Of a stretch of 64,000 nucleotides of DNA, positions 50,801 to 64,000 are shown piece by piece. The stretch lies in assembly GCA_002104905.1 (NCBI GenBank), contig MCFE01000001.1:1-64000 (forward strand), read 5' to 3'. Positions within the stretch are counted from its first letter, which is position 1, and every line of letters begins with the position of its first letter. The notes under the pieces are model-generated. The model was not told where the DNA came from, did not search any database, and worked only from the letters and a program-made list of their open reading frames with translations. This DNA comes from Basidiobolus meristosporus CBS 931.73 (lineage: Eukaryota; Fungi; Basidiobolomycota). The translations under genes and the position numbers were made by a program.

Positions 50801-52118
50801 TTTCTCTCTCCACAATGGCTTTAAATCCCTGAGCTTAGACAGAGCTTCTTCATTTCTCTCCATGAAATAGACCCATGTGTATCTTGCATAATCATCAATA
50901 AAAGTGATTAAATACTTCATCCCACCTAAGGAAAAATTTTGCATAGGTCCACACAGATCTAAGTGAATTAGATCTAATTTTTTCTTAGTTTTGATTAGCC
51001 CAGAGATCTTGAATGATTGTCTGGCTTGTTCCCCATATATGCAGGCTTCACAGTGCTCCAAATTATCCAGGGTATCAATTTTCACTCCAGAAATTGGCTG
51101 ATCTCTGATCATTTTACGCAAATAATCAAAATTGATGTGCCCAAATCTCCTGTGCCAAAGCATTGGTGTTTCTTCACTTAAGCTACTTATATGGGCTTTC
51201 ACATATGATGGAATATAAGCCAACTTATATAGATTCTGATCTCTGATGCCCAATGCAATATGGGCACTATTTTGATCAGTGATCCTGCATCCAGAATTGT
51301 CAAAACTGAAACTGAGTCCTTCTGCTGTGGCCTTGCTTACAGAGAGTAGGTTCTTGGCGATTTCTGGTACATATAGTACTTATTTGAAAGTCAGCGTATG
51401 GCTTCCTTCACTGCTTCCAATGTTTACTTGGATATTTCCTTCTCCCACTGCATCAAGTGTTCTATTGTCACCCATGAAAACCATCTGAATTGGAATTTCT
51501 TGATGTTGGGTAAAAAGATCTTTTTGGTGTGTAAAGTGTTGAGATGCTCCAGAGTCAATATGCCACATCTGAGAATCCTTGTTTGTGGTCATTTTTAGTG
51601 CAGATATGAATAGTCTATCTTCAGTTGTTGCAGCATTTCCATACTCAGGCTTCTTTTCCTGGTTATCTTTCTTTTTTAGGAACTGGTCAGTTGTGTGTCC
51701 TTTCCTTTTGCAGTAGTTACAAAACAGGTTGCTGTTGCCTTTGTAGGGTTTTGGGTACCTCCTTTGTTGGTGATCATTACTTATTAAAGCATTTTCCTAT
51801 CCCTTCTTATTTGCACTCGATCTTTTTATTTGTCATCCAGGAGCCTTACATATACATAATTTAAGGTTAAATCTTCAGTTCTGGACGCTGGGGCTGATAC
51901 AAGGCCCTGAAACCTGTCTGTCAGGCTATTCAGGATGGTAACTATCACATCCTCATCAGTAGTTGGTACGCCACCAGATTCCATCTCATCTACCAGCAGG
52001 GTAATTCTGTTGATTAGATTTTTCATTTCTTCTCCTGCCAGCATCTTTGTAGTAATGAATTTTCATCTCAGATACATTTTCTTAGCAGCTGAACATGACT
52101 GGTAGGTGTCTTCTAATG

Positions 52119-52515
52119 CCGGCACTATAAGTGCTTTGTGTAGATCTTACTTTAGGGCTAAAAGTTAAATATAGTGCCAGATAGTACCAGTGGACCAAGA
52201 TAGTGCCATTCATTTTTGTGACATGATACAAGCTACAGGAGCTAGATTCAGAGAGCCATGGGTATTGAGTACCAGATGCATATCTTAAATCTGCTTGTGC
52301 TCTAACACATCCTGCACAACATTGATCCAAAAAAAAGATCAAAAAATGGATTTTCTCCAACATAATGAGTGAAATATAGGGGCTGCTTTGCATGAAGATG
52401 CAGGGCTATGTTTCACACTCTGTGGCCAGGTAGAGGCTCACTTGGTCTCTCTGGCACACTATGGCATCATTTGGCACTCATGGCTCAATGTGGCACTATC
52501 CAACGGAACAAGTCT
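52119..52515 (-). mobile_element. Short non-autonomous derivative (one Pangu-like TIR plus terminal hairpin), copy A
   Basis: CAACGGAACAAGTCT at 52501-52515 is the TIR in reverse. The body is homologous to 57776-58135. Confidence 0.8.
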
Positions 52516-52565
52516 ATTGATATGGCTTGATATGGGGAGCTGTTGAGAATAAGTTAGCCATGCGG

Positions 52566-53367
52566 TGTGGTAGGGTAAACATACCTCCCACAGACAAGTT
52601 TATTCATATAGTCATTATGATATACTTATCCATATTTTATCTTATCAGTATTATCCCATTCTTCTTTTGCCCATATTATCAGTATTATCCCCATATGATG
52701 TTTACCCTGATTAGTTATTAGCATTAGTTATCCCAGATATTATTCAGCTTTGTGATCAGTAGATGTATCTATACAAGGCAAGTACCCACGTCAGTACCCA
52801 TGACACATGACCTAGGTCTGTGTTACCATCCCTACCATTTCAATACCATATATGGTATTTCTATGTTTCACAGGTTACAGACTACTGATTCCTGATTGGT
52901 TGAGTGCTGTGCCTTTTAGAACCTTCCAGGACATTCTTGGCATATTTTTAGCTCATAGTGATGTCATCAAGAACTCCACTGATACCTAAAATCTTCTAGA
53001 ACCTTGTCATTAGTAATCACTTGGCAATCAGGAAAAGTATTTAAGGGAAAGCAATCCCTCATCAATAAATCATCCCTTCTATCAGTAACACTTCTACCTT
53101 ATTGATTAGCAGTTGATCACTGCACCTGCCTTCAACAGTACATCTCAGACCTGCCATCAAGGAGCTTTTCAGGGTAGTGCACAAGACACACAGAGGCCTT
53201 TGGAGACACTTGGAGCACCCAGGAAGCTAGAGAAGCAGGAGCTTTTACCATAGTGGCATATTGACAAAGACACCAGCAGATTAGACACAGAGGTTATTGC
53301 ACCCATCAGACACCTCACACACCTTGAGTTGTGTAGCTTCTCCCAGGAGTACCTCTACACCACCACA
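52566..53367. mobile_element. Solo LTR, third family ('LTR3', TGTGGT...ACCACA)
   Basis: Inverted termini and homology with 57111-58273. TSD degenerate (GCGG/CTGG). Confidence 0.7.
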
Positions 53368-53369
53368 CT

Positions 53370-54894
53370 GGCTCACTATCCTACAGGTGAAATGTCAGCA
53401 AACATTTTTACTAAACCTGAGTTTGTGACACCTTCATGCTCACCTTGGCCTTCAAAATATGGCACTGAGAGTGATAGTGCTGAAGAAGAAGGCTCACTAG
53501 TGGATTGACAGCCTATCTCACCCAATAACAGTTCCTTGTATGAGCCTGGCAAAATCCCTGTAGGCAATGAAACAACACTCATGTAAAAAGTGGCAAGGAA
53601 ACCTTATGGAGCTAAGTGAGCCCAGGAATCCAGCTACTGGTGAATGATGTGATGCTGTGGCTAGAGAAGTGGCATGTTTCCACAAATATCACTAATAGGG
53701 GCCTTGAGGACATACTCACACATCTTGCCAAAAGTATTCCAGGATTCAACTTAGCATGTACATGGTTGAAATGGAAAACAATCATGAGGCTGGCAAAATA
53801 TTATCCAGGCACCATCCTGATGCCAGCATGAGTTATCTGTTGCAGGGCACTTACATCAGAAAATGCCACCATTGCAAGGTGTCCAACTTGTCAGGAATCC
53901 ACCACCATCATGGCTAACCAATGATCACACTCAAGATCTATTCCTGTAATGATCAGCTAAGTAATGTAAAGTTGGGCTGGGTTTAACAAGCAGCTAGTTT
54001 TTAATAAGAAAACTCTACCAAGGTATACCAGATTTCCCATAGTCATAAGCCAACTTCTACACCATTCAATACAGAATTCACACAAACAAGAGCCAGAGTG
54101 CACCTATAAGGGGGACAAGAATCCAGCAGGGAGAAGGATTATATTGGCAAAATACTAAGAAATTCTTTGCAGATATTCAGGAGGTATTCATGTAGAAGTG
54201 GTGACAACCAAGTATATGTTTGCAAGATGTATATGTTACCAGCAGTACAAGGTATATGGCAACTTTGCAAGTATCAGACCAAAAAGCCATAAAGTTGAGG
54301 TGATAGAAGTATATCAATTGCAACAGGTGTGCATGTTTGTAGAGGTTAGTAAGCAGGAGGCCATAGTATTTTTTGATTTGAGCTTTATGTGGAATACCTA
54401 AGGTAGTAGTGGGTAAGCAACTAAAGAGAGGTGATTCTACAGTGGAATATATGAATTGCACAAGGGGAGGTAGAAAAAGGAAATACCATTTAGTAAATTG
54501 GCACAATAGCATTATACAGAACTAGCTGTAGGCAGTCATACTGCCATCATAATGCCATCAGAATGTTGCTGTGAGGCTGTTAAAACACTGTTCACACTTT
54601 TGCCATAAAAGGCAATTGGATGTCCTGACTGGCTGGATCCATTTAAAAAAGTTGTAGAGCGCAATAAGACCGTAACAACGCTATGCAATTATTGTCACAG
54701 CACTAATCAAATCTTGTCACATTTTATCACTTTATTTGGCTGTAAAATTACCAAACTGCTGTTGTAATCCCATTGTAAAATTGTTAAGAGGGTCACTATT
54801 TCCAAGCTGCTGGTATTATGATAGTCTTAAAATGGGATCCTGATGGCTGATCTGGATTGGATCTACCTGCAGGATCAAATTACTTTTCATTGGG
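53370..54894 (+). mobile_element. Internally deleted, divergent second CACTA copy retaining one terminus
   Basis: Reverse homolog of 33397-34330 and 35870-36310. Ends ACTTTTCATTGGG at 54894. Confidence 0.78.
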
Positions 54895-54899
54895 TATAC

Positions 54900-56350
54900 T
54901 GGACCCAGCAAGTCACCTGGAGAGCACTGGTACCCTTTGTGGGAAAGATGGAACACTTACAATGTGAACTGGCTACAGAGCCCTAGACTCAGTAACTGTG
55001 AAGAATAAGTACCTCATACCATGGATTGATGAGCTTGGGACCAACTCTATGGAGCCACTGTATTTAGCAATATTGACCTCATGTCAGGATACAACCAGAT
55101 TAGGGTGAATCCAGTAGATATCCCCAAGAGAGCATTCAGGACCAGAAATGAATATTACAAGTGCTTAGTCCTGAGTTTTGGCCTTATTAATGCCCCTGCA
55201 ACATTCATGACCTTGATGCAAACAGTCTTCCAGGAGTACTTAGAGAAGTTTGTGGTAATCTAACCAGACAACATATTGATATACAGCAAGACAAAAGAGG
55301 AACACTTGATGCACATTAATTGGGTCTTGAAGAAGCTAAGAGATAACAACCTTTACAGTAAGCTAGCAAGGTGTGAATTCTTGAAATAACATGTTGAATA
55401 CCTGGGACACATAGTGACTAGCACAGGAGTGTACATAGACCCCAAGAAGGGTGAAGTTATTAAGAGTTTGAAGCAGACCCATAGCCTATGAGAACTCAGA
55501 TCATTCCTTGCAATGGTTTCCTGATATTCTCAAGAAAGTCAACACCTTGAAGTGGGACATAGCCTGTGTGACTGTTTTTCTGGTGCTCAAGAATAAACTT
55601 GTTAAGCTGCCAAGCTTAAGAATCCCATACTTTGCAAAACAGTTAACACTATGCACATATGATTCAGACTATGCAGTTGGTGGAGTACTGAGCCAAGAGC
55701 ATGAGGGAGAGAACTATCCAGTTGCTTTTTAGTTTAAGAGACTGAGCACTGCCAAACAAAACTGTCTGGTGCATGAGAAGGAGATGCATGCCATAATACA
55801 CTATTTGAAGACCTGGAGATCCTACATTGAAGGTGTCAAGTGTGCTGTGAAGAATGATTCATGCCTCACCCAGGCATATTCTGTCTGTGAAGGTACTCTC
55901 CATAGGAAATGCAGCAGAACAAACACTTGAAAACCTTGGCATATCACCAGAGAAATAATGGAGCCACTGAGTGGTTTAATAAATTGTTTGGAAAAATGCT
56001 GACCAAGTATGCAAATGGAGCTGTCAGCAGATGGAATGAGTATATAGACCAAGCACTTTTTGCCTGCAGAGTTAGAGTGCACAACACCACCCAACAATTG
56101 CCATTTTACTTAGTGTATGGATCTGAACCAGGGATTTCAGGAGATCTCACACAACCAAAGAATGCAGACACCCTAGATAATGAACTCAGTCAGTCAAGTA
56201 GACACCAGCAGCTGGAACAAAGATGTCAAGAGGCACCAGAGCTTGCAAGACTTGCTACCAATACTCAACCATTAAGATATTGGTATCACAAGAAAAGAGA
56301 TTCCAGAGAACCCTCTCAACTTTGGCAGGGGAGAATGCTATGACATACTG
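54900..56350 (+). mobile_element. Decayed Ty3/gypsy pol (RT, RNase H, integrase fragments)
   Basis: [17 protein letters not shown]...[22 protein letters not shown], and HQRNNGATEWFNK. Confidence 0.85.
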
Positions 56351-57110
56351 CATGAATGCTTGATTTAGATTAGTTTTTAATCAAATCAATTAGTTTTATG
56401 CTTAGCCTATTAGTATATCAGTGTTATCTAACAAATCAGTAATATCAGTCAGCAGATGAATGAGCTGATCCTTATCAGAAAGAAATGGATATGCTAGATA
56501 GAATCTGATTCAGTGATGATGATGCAATCAAATGAGTCATTGGCTGCAACCTAAATTAGGAAATACAATTAGTCAGTAAATGATCTGGCAAAATGTATAT
56601 AAGGAGCTGCAGGAACCTCAATACAAATCAGTTCACATTTTAGGGTATACAATACTTGACAACTTTACCAAAGTATGCCAGGTTTTTCATGATCACAAGC
56701 CACTTTTACTCCATTCAGTAAATAATTCTCACAAACAAGAACCAGAGAACATCTATCAAGGGACTTGAATTCAGCAACCAAAAGGAATATACTGGATAAA
56801 TACTAAGAAGTCAATTTTCTTGCTGTATTAGGCAATAGGGTGCAGAGGGCAAGTGGTGCAGAAGTATTTGACTATTTGATATCATTCAGCAGCTAAAAAT
56901 TCACTTATCAACTTTGGACTAATCTTTGTCACCATTGGACTCATTTACAGCCCTAACTTTGCCACTCTCTTTCACATCTATCATCTTATGATTATTCCCC
57001 TATGATCATGATCAAATTAGCACTTTTACCAAGCATTAGACTTGTTCTGTTGGATAGTACTGCATAGTGCCAGCCTGTTTATAGTGCCGGATTGATATGG
57101 CACTCTACAG

Positions 57111-58273
57111 TGTAGTGGGGTCACAGTGACACCCACTGATAGATGTGCTCATTCCCATATTTTCTACTTCCCTATTTCTCTACTATGCTTATTTTAGTTT
57201 TATCCCATTTGTCTTACCTGATCAGTACTACCCCATAAGCTGATTGACTATCACACCTGCTTACCTTATTGCATAAGTTATCTATCACTATATGTAAGAT
57301 AACTAGCTGTAAGTGCTTCTATATTAGGCAAGTACCCACACCATTACCTATGATGCTTGATCAACCCATGTCACCATTCGTATCATTTCCATGTCTTATA
57401 TGGTATTACTATGTTACACAGGTTTCAGAGTACTGATTCCTGATTGGTTGGATGTGCTGTGCCTCTTAAAGACTTCTGGCACCTACTTAGAGTACTTTTA
57501 GCTCATTGTGATGTCATTTTGATTTCTATTGATCTCTAGAACCTTTGGGAACACCATGATTAGTGACCACTGAGCCGGTGAGAAAAGTATATAAGGGAGG
57601 CAATCCCTCAACAATAAATCATAATCCCTTTTATCAATATACCAACTTATCAATTAGTGTGATCACTGCTACCTACTGCTACCTGAATTTCCAACCCCAG
57701 ATCACAGGACACTCCCAGGAAGCCATGCTGACAGCCAACTGACCTTGGAGGCACCACTTGTGAGGAATACTCAGAAGACTTGTTCCATTGGATAGCGCCA
57801 CATTGAGCCATGAGTGCCAAATGATGCCATAGTGTGCCAGGGAGGCCAAGTGAACCTTTGTGTAAAGCCACCCCTGTGTTTCACCCATTGTGTTGGAGAA
57901 AATCCATTTTTCAACCATTTTCTTTAGGTCAATGTTGTGCAGTATGTGTAAGAGCACAGAAGAACTGAAGACATGTGTCATGTACTCAAAACCCATGGCA
58001 CTCTGAATCTAACTCCTGTGGCCTGTAATATGTCATAAAAATGCATGGCACTATTTTGGTCCACTGGTACTATCTGGCACTATAGGTGCTTTGTATAGAT
58101 CTCACTTTAGGGCTAATAATTAAATATAGTGCCAGATATATTAGATTAGAGACAGAACACAAGTACTCCTAGCAAGCTTTTGCTAAAGACCATTGCACCT
58201 GGTGAACACCCCACACACAAAACACTTGAGAAGAGTTGGATGTATCTCTCCCTTGTATTTATACACCACCACA
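57111..58273. mobile_element. Solo LTR3 inserted in Pangu-like copy 2, itself interrupted at 57776-58135
   Basis: TGTAGT...ACCACA termini. The flanks ACAG/ATGG both derive from the empty-site ACGG seen at 45231-45234. Confidence 0.78.
57776..58135 (+). mobile_element. Short non-autonomous derivative (one TIR plus terminal hairpin), copy B
   Basis: Starts AGACTTGTTCCATTGGATAG and ends CTGGCACTATA-40 nt-TATAGTGCCAG. Confidence 0.8.
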
Positions 58274-61200
58274 ATGGCATCATCTTGCATTATAACTTCT
58301 ACCATAATGCCAGTGGTAGGATTTAGTAACTGGTAATTATATTTAATCTTACTTATGTTGCGCAGAATAGTACTTTCCTTGCTTTGTTTACTTTTCATAA
58401 TGCTCCAGAAACATTTCTCTCAGCGGATGTTTCCTTCTTTGAATATACTGTACACTGATAAATATCTTAACTATTTTACCTGTTCTGCTGTTTTCTCCTA
58501 TATATGACTTTCCTCTGTATTTACCGGCCAATATGCTGGATCTCTTTAGATATCCTAATATATGCTCTACCCTCACTCTGAAATGATTAAATATCTCATT
58601 GTAGAGCTTCTGCTTCCTGCTAAACACACCATTGCTTGGCTTCTTGTATGCTGTGATGCATCCTAATTTTGGACAATTATCTCCTGTATAAGCTAAGTCT
58701 GCTATACATTTCTCCCCTCTACTGAATTCTGGATGATTCTCTACCCTGGTGCTTTGTCATGCCTACTTCCAGCAAGTGGCCCACTAAACCAGATGATGCT
58801 ACCCTCAATGTCAGACAGTGCTTGAAGCTTCACACAGTGTGCCTTGTACTTGCCATAATATAAGTGGTTCCGCCCTCTAGAAGGTCTGTTAATCCTGAGT
58901 GGGATGGTATCCAAAATGCTCTTTATATGGAACCTGTTGCTGAACACTCTGGGATATGGAAGTCTATTGGAGCTTCTGAACCTAGTATTCCAAGCTTGCT
59001 CTAAGTCATTCATGCCCTCTGCAAGGTGGTTCTCCATTGCTGTCAGCTGGGAATGAAAGCTTCTAGGACTTTTTTGCCATAGATGGTTGCATGAGACCTT
59101 GTGTGGCAATAGTTCTTGTAATAGCAGAAAAGCTTAACAAGGGATCTCCTTGAGTAGATTGAGGTAGATGGTGCACAGGACTTGGTATAGATATCCTCTA
59201 GTGTGTCAAAAGGAAATCCAGTGGTGGTGATGGAACTGATGAGAAAAGACCATTCAGATGAGTAAGTCATATTACAATTGGCAGGTCATTGGGCTGAGGC
59301 GTATTGATTTGATTTGGTGCAATCTACTTTATTTATCAGATTTTCCATGTATTATGAATAAATCTCCATCAATTACCATGTATCCCATTATCATGTTGCA
59401 AATATCATCCTCAAGCAATGACTTGGTGTTTTTATTGATGCTTTACTCACAAATCTGTAATCAGATAGGAAATCTGCAATTGATGGGATCTGAACTGTGT
59501 CAATGCAATCCAAGATGCATCATTCATAATATAAGGAAAACTCAACAATCACATAAATTTTCATATGTATTTCATATAAGACCTGGTTGATGCCAATACA
59601 CCACTCTATAAGTATCCAAATCTATCACTATGGTCCCTATCAAGATGCCAGAGGATGTATGTAAGAAGACATATAACAAGACAAGTGTTGATATCAAGAA
59701 TGAGCTGAGAGTGGGGGATTTGACAAAGAAGCCGCGCGGGAACAATTTTGCGCGCAATTTGCACAGTATGGGCTGGATGCGTCCGTTTGTGCCTCAACTT
59801 TGGGAACCAAAGAGATTTGGAATGAGTTTTTGCCTCAAATGACTAATGTACTGCATGATGTACTAGTAGAGCTAAGTGGCTTCCAAGAGCAATATACACA
59901 GGACTCATCCAGGCAACAGTTTGGAAGTATCAGACAGAAGGTAAGTGAATACCTTGAGGAATCAGAAGGTGAGCTTCAAGAGGAAGAATACAGACTGCAA
60001 GCAGCAGCATCTAGATTGCACCAGCACACTTTGCTGGATTCCTTATCATTCCTTGCAACTTCAGTGTGCTGGCACATTTCAGTCCAAAATGCACCAATAC
60101 TCTTCACAGGAGCACCCTGCATCAAGTCAACACATGTTGGGTAAACCCATGTGCTTCAGAGCAAAACCCCCAGAACTTGCCAAACTACTCACTTAGACAC
60201 TAGTTCATTGGAGCAGGCCAAATTGCGTCAAAAAGTGGCATCACATCAAACTCAGCCAAGAGCCATTCCAGCACACCAGGTTGCACCTGCGCATGCCATA
60301 ACACCTGACCATCAGCAGGTTTCTTCTGGTGAACTGACTGATGATTACCCACATAAAGTGCCTTCACCACCAGAACCTTTGGTAAGTAAGAGAACACGTC
60401 AGTATGTAGCACTGCAGGCCAGTTCAGTAGCATCATCCGGAGCAATAAAGCATGGACAAGCTGCAGCATTGCACTCTTCAACTAGGAGGCAAAATACTGG
60501 CTACAAATACACAAGTAGCCAAGGGGAGAGTCAACAAGGAAGTAGTTTAGGTGTGCAAAGTCAGTCACTACCAAATGCTTCAGTAGTAATCTCTGTCAGA
60601 AAAAACCTAGGAGAAAATGATGTAATTGCATTGAATTGCTATTATTTGCCATGATCCAAACAACACATTTTTATTGCAATCCAACTTGAGCCACTGCAAA
60701 TCAGTGATCACTAAGTTATTGATGTAAGTAATATCATAGTTGTGTCACATTTGAGACAGAACCCCTATAAATAAATAAACTGCATTTGTATACATCATCT
60801 GTTACACCAGTGTAGCCATCTTGATTCTTTTACACCTGTTCAATTGACTGTGTACTAGCTATTACACCTGGTCCAATCACTAGAATCAGGAATATGCTTG
60901 CTCAATGGGCAAAATGGGATATTTGATAGCAAAGCAAGTGGCTTGTGTATTGGTCAAAGAGCCAATTGGTGGTTGACAGCATCAGAATACTTTAAGATCA
61001 ATTAACTGCTGAAATACCATCCAATTGGAATGATGGCAACCAAAATGCTAAGAATCAGTGTAGTTTATAGTGTGATACACATTTATTTCCATATATGTAA
61101 AAGAAACATATCCAAATACTGGATTTTACCTACCATAATAGCAGTGTCCAATTGTGGACATGATGCAAACATTACAAGTTGGTGCAATCATACATGCCAA

Positions 61201-61559
61201 CCTCATTGTGTCAGATTGTGCCATAGTGTCAAGACTGTCCCACATGGTGCAAAATTGTCCAAGAGCAATCCTACCTACTGGTTGCTATAATATTGCGTCC
61301 AATTGCTCTTAGAGACCATAGATTGCATCACACAGCCTGGCACAGTATAATGGAACAAGTATATGATGTATTAACCTTGAAACTGTCACAGTGTGATCCT
61401 AAATGTTGAGAAACTTTCCTCACTTAGCATTGCAGTTGTATTACTTCTACAAAGGTAACCATCCAGAGATTCCTTATGATAAGAACAGCTCAACTATTAT
61501 CACAATTTCTTCATAAGTTCCTTATATCCAAATCACTTCTTAAATTGCAACAGATTATC

Positions 61560-64000
61560 AGGCACAATTGCCTTAATGTATTCTACAGATGACTTCTACA
61601 GCAAGCAAAACAGCACAAACATCTTCCCTGTAAAGGAGTGGTCTGATAGGAAGTCTACAGATTTTGGAGAATTGAGATGCCCATTCACCTTGAGGAAAGA
61701 TTTCATTGGAATATAGTATCAAGAAAGAAAGTTGAGCCCAAAGTAACAGCAAAAGTAGTGGGGAAGTTTCAAGAGAAGGAGAGAAAGGCCTTTGATGCCC
61801 TATGTATCAATGCGCAAAAATCCTTCATTGGACAAATTAATGCTTTGAATACTGCCAAAGCAGCATGGGAACCCTTAGAGAAGATCTTTAAAGAAAAGCC
61901 AATCACAAGCAAGCTTTATTTAAAACAAAGCTCTTCTGCATGAGGAAGAAGTCAGATGATAACATGCTACAACTGATTGCCAGGATGGAGACACTTGCAG
62001 AAGAACCTTGCAGTATTAATACTGGTGAAGATGATGAAGAGAAGATACTCTGTCTGCTTTGCAGCTTACCAGACAAGTATGAGCTACACATACTTTCTTT
62101 TGATAGCAGACAAAATGAACTAACCTTAGACTATATTAAAGGAAGACTTCTCCATGAAGAACACAGATGTAATAATTAAGCAGAGAAAATTGACATAAAA
62201 CTTGATTTGCCTCAGAAAGGCACACAGAAATAATGGCAACAACAAAACCAAAGAAAACCTGCTTGCTGTATCTACTGAAAGAAGCCAGGGCACTGGGCAA
62301 AAGAATGCAAGAGCCAAGCAGACAAAAAACAGAAACTAGAGCAGGCAATCAATACAACTATAGATGAGCACTTATTTGTAGCAGCACATGATATTACTAG
62401 TAATCAAAGTAGTGAACAGTATAAGTACTCCAGAGCATCACAGCATATTTGCAATATAATAGAGTTGCTCAGCAACTCAAAGACTATTCCAGTAAAAAAG
62501 TTTATCTGGGAGACAACTCTGCACTGAAAGCTACTGGTTGTGGGTATTTGCTGATAAATATGAGTGACATCTCAGGGGCAACAACAGTAAACTGACTGAC
62601 ATAATATATGTGCCTTGAATAGCTAAGAACTTACTCTCAGTTGGTAAAGCAACTACTCAGTAATTGGAATTTGTCTGTACTAAGCTAGGCTGCTTAATAT
62701 TGAGTGAAAATGGGCAAATATTAGCTTTGGGAATCCAAGATTGCAATATTTACAAGTTACAATGCAATATTACTCTACCTGAGCAAGTCAGCATTGCTGA
62801 AACTAATGAAATTAACTGGGAGACTTGGCACAGGAGGCTAATGCACATTGGAGAACAGAGAATGAACCAATTGGTAATAAATCAGCTTGTTTTGGGCCAA
62901 AGCTACTCAATACCAATCAAATTAAGTGTCTTTAAGGAAAGTTCATATGGGAAACCAGATTGGCAATGTTTCAGGAGCTCAACAGGCAATAGTTCCCCAA
63001 AAATACTGGCTATTTTGCACGCACACATGTGTGGGCCCATGAAAAAACCCACCTTTGAAGCTAAGAGATACTTTATGGCGTTCAATGATGACAAGACACA
63101 ATATACATGGGTGTACTTCCACAAAACAAAGACTGAGTCTTGAGAGACATTCAAGCACTTAAGAGCATGGCAGAAATAAAAATTGGCATAAATTGAAGCT
63201 ATGTTAAAGAAACAATGGACAGGAATACTGTTCTAAGAAGTTTGCCATGTAGTGCTTAACAACTGTTGTACTTCAACAAACTACTGTTCTACATACTCTG
63301 CAGAAAAAAAGGAGTAACAAAACATGCAAATAGAATAATAGTACAGATGGGAGGATCTATATTACATGATTGAGGAATAGACTACAGGTTTTTGGCTGAA
63401 TCTGTTGCCACTGCAGTATACAGCAAAAATAGTTGCTGAACAACAGCACTACATGATTCTGCACCCTTTGAAGCTTATACAGGCAAAATCCTGACCTCCA
63501 GCAACTCCAAATCTTTGGCAGCAATTTATTCTATCACATTCCTGTCAAAAAAAGCCCATGGCTGGAACCAAAGCGCAACAAAGGGATCTTTTGTGGGTAT
63601 TGTGAAGGTAATAAAGGATATAGAGTCCATAATGGAAGAATTCAAAAGCTGATCAAGTGCAGGGACATTATGTTGGGGGGAATTTGGATCAGAAAGTCAC
63701 GGATATCATTGGTCAGCTGCCTGATGAACCAATCAACACTAATGAAGAAGATACATACCAAATTCAGCCAGATATGGAAGATAATTCTAACAGTTCCAGA
63801 TCAGAGCAGATTATCCCAGTTAGGAGATGTACCAGAGTAAGAAATGCCCCTAGGTCCTGGAGGCAGACATCCAATGATCATGAAGAAGCTTATCTTGCCT
63901 TATGTGCCCAACCTCAAAATCTGGAAAAGGCAATGCAAAGTCCAGATGCTGCTATATGGCAATAAGCTGTGCAGGAGGAGTACTAATCATTGAACAGGGT
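61560..64000 (+). mobile_element. Decayed copia of a different family (gag, PR, GAG-pre-integrase, IN), running off the window end
   Basis: UBN2-like TAKAAWEPLEKIF...DNMLQLIARMETLAEE...LLCSLPDKYE, TWHRRLMHI and HAHMCGPM. Confidence 0.85.

Larger units (their letters stand above)
44673..52117 (-). mobile_element. Copia C, the best-preserved copia (gag 3' part, PR, IN, RT, RNase H, 3' LTR 44673-45021); 5' end missing; interrupted by a DNA transposon
   Basis: Long fragments WHIDSGASQH, LWHRRFGHI, HLDLCGPM, LVAKGYSQTYGLDYTETFAPVAK and FVGYSDADWG...STTEAEY. The PPT abuts the LTR at 45021. Confidence 0.92.
57038..61362. mobile_element. Pangu-like transposon copy 2, older and decayed, with nested LTR3 and hairpin derivative; ~260-bp deletion at the ORF2 5' end
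   Basis: Left TIR AGACTTGTTCTGTTG after ATT and right TAATGGAACAAGTAT before ATG. Collinear with copy 1 (transposase 58388-59270, ORF2 59630-60650). Confidence 0.88.

Noticed and set aside
3200-64000. RIP-type (CpA>TpA) mutation as the cause of TE decay
   Set aside because: CpA is plentiful in the repeats while CpG is missing; the paired changes I traced are CG>TG/CA.

Overview
Fungal nuclear DNA, probably an early-diverging lineage (inferred from gene content and short GT..CTAAC..AG introns). Three CpG-rich gene islands (~0.8-3.1, ~12-14.5 and ~16-28 kb) sit in nearly CpG-free stretches of decayed, nested transposons. Host genes: a zinc alcohol dehydrogenase (4 exons), an intronless bacterial-looking GH18 hydrolase beside tRNA-Thr(CGT), SF3B1, an AUR1-like IPC synthase, tRNA-Arg(CCG), STE24, a frameshifted DUF4050-like gene and PDX1/SNZ1. 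Mobile DNA: several Ty1/copia elements with a ~350-bp LTR, two other LTR families, Ty3/gypsy remnants, CCC-terminated CACTA/EnSpm-type elements, and a two-ORF PIF/Harbinger-group (Pangu-like) transposon with derivatives. Best leads: (i) this transposon pairs a transposase with no CpG with a CpG-rich partner ORF; (ii) a one-TIR derivative ends in a hairpin whose 40-nt loop is flipped between its two copies; (iii) a target-site duplication deaminated on opposite strands records CpG mutation after insertion; (iv) the GH18 gene is a horizontal-transfer candidate. Counts and alignments were done by eye, and boundaries of decayed elements are approximate.
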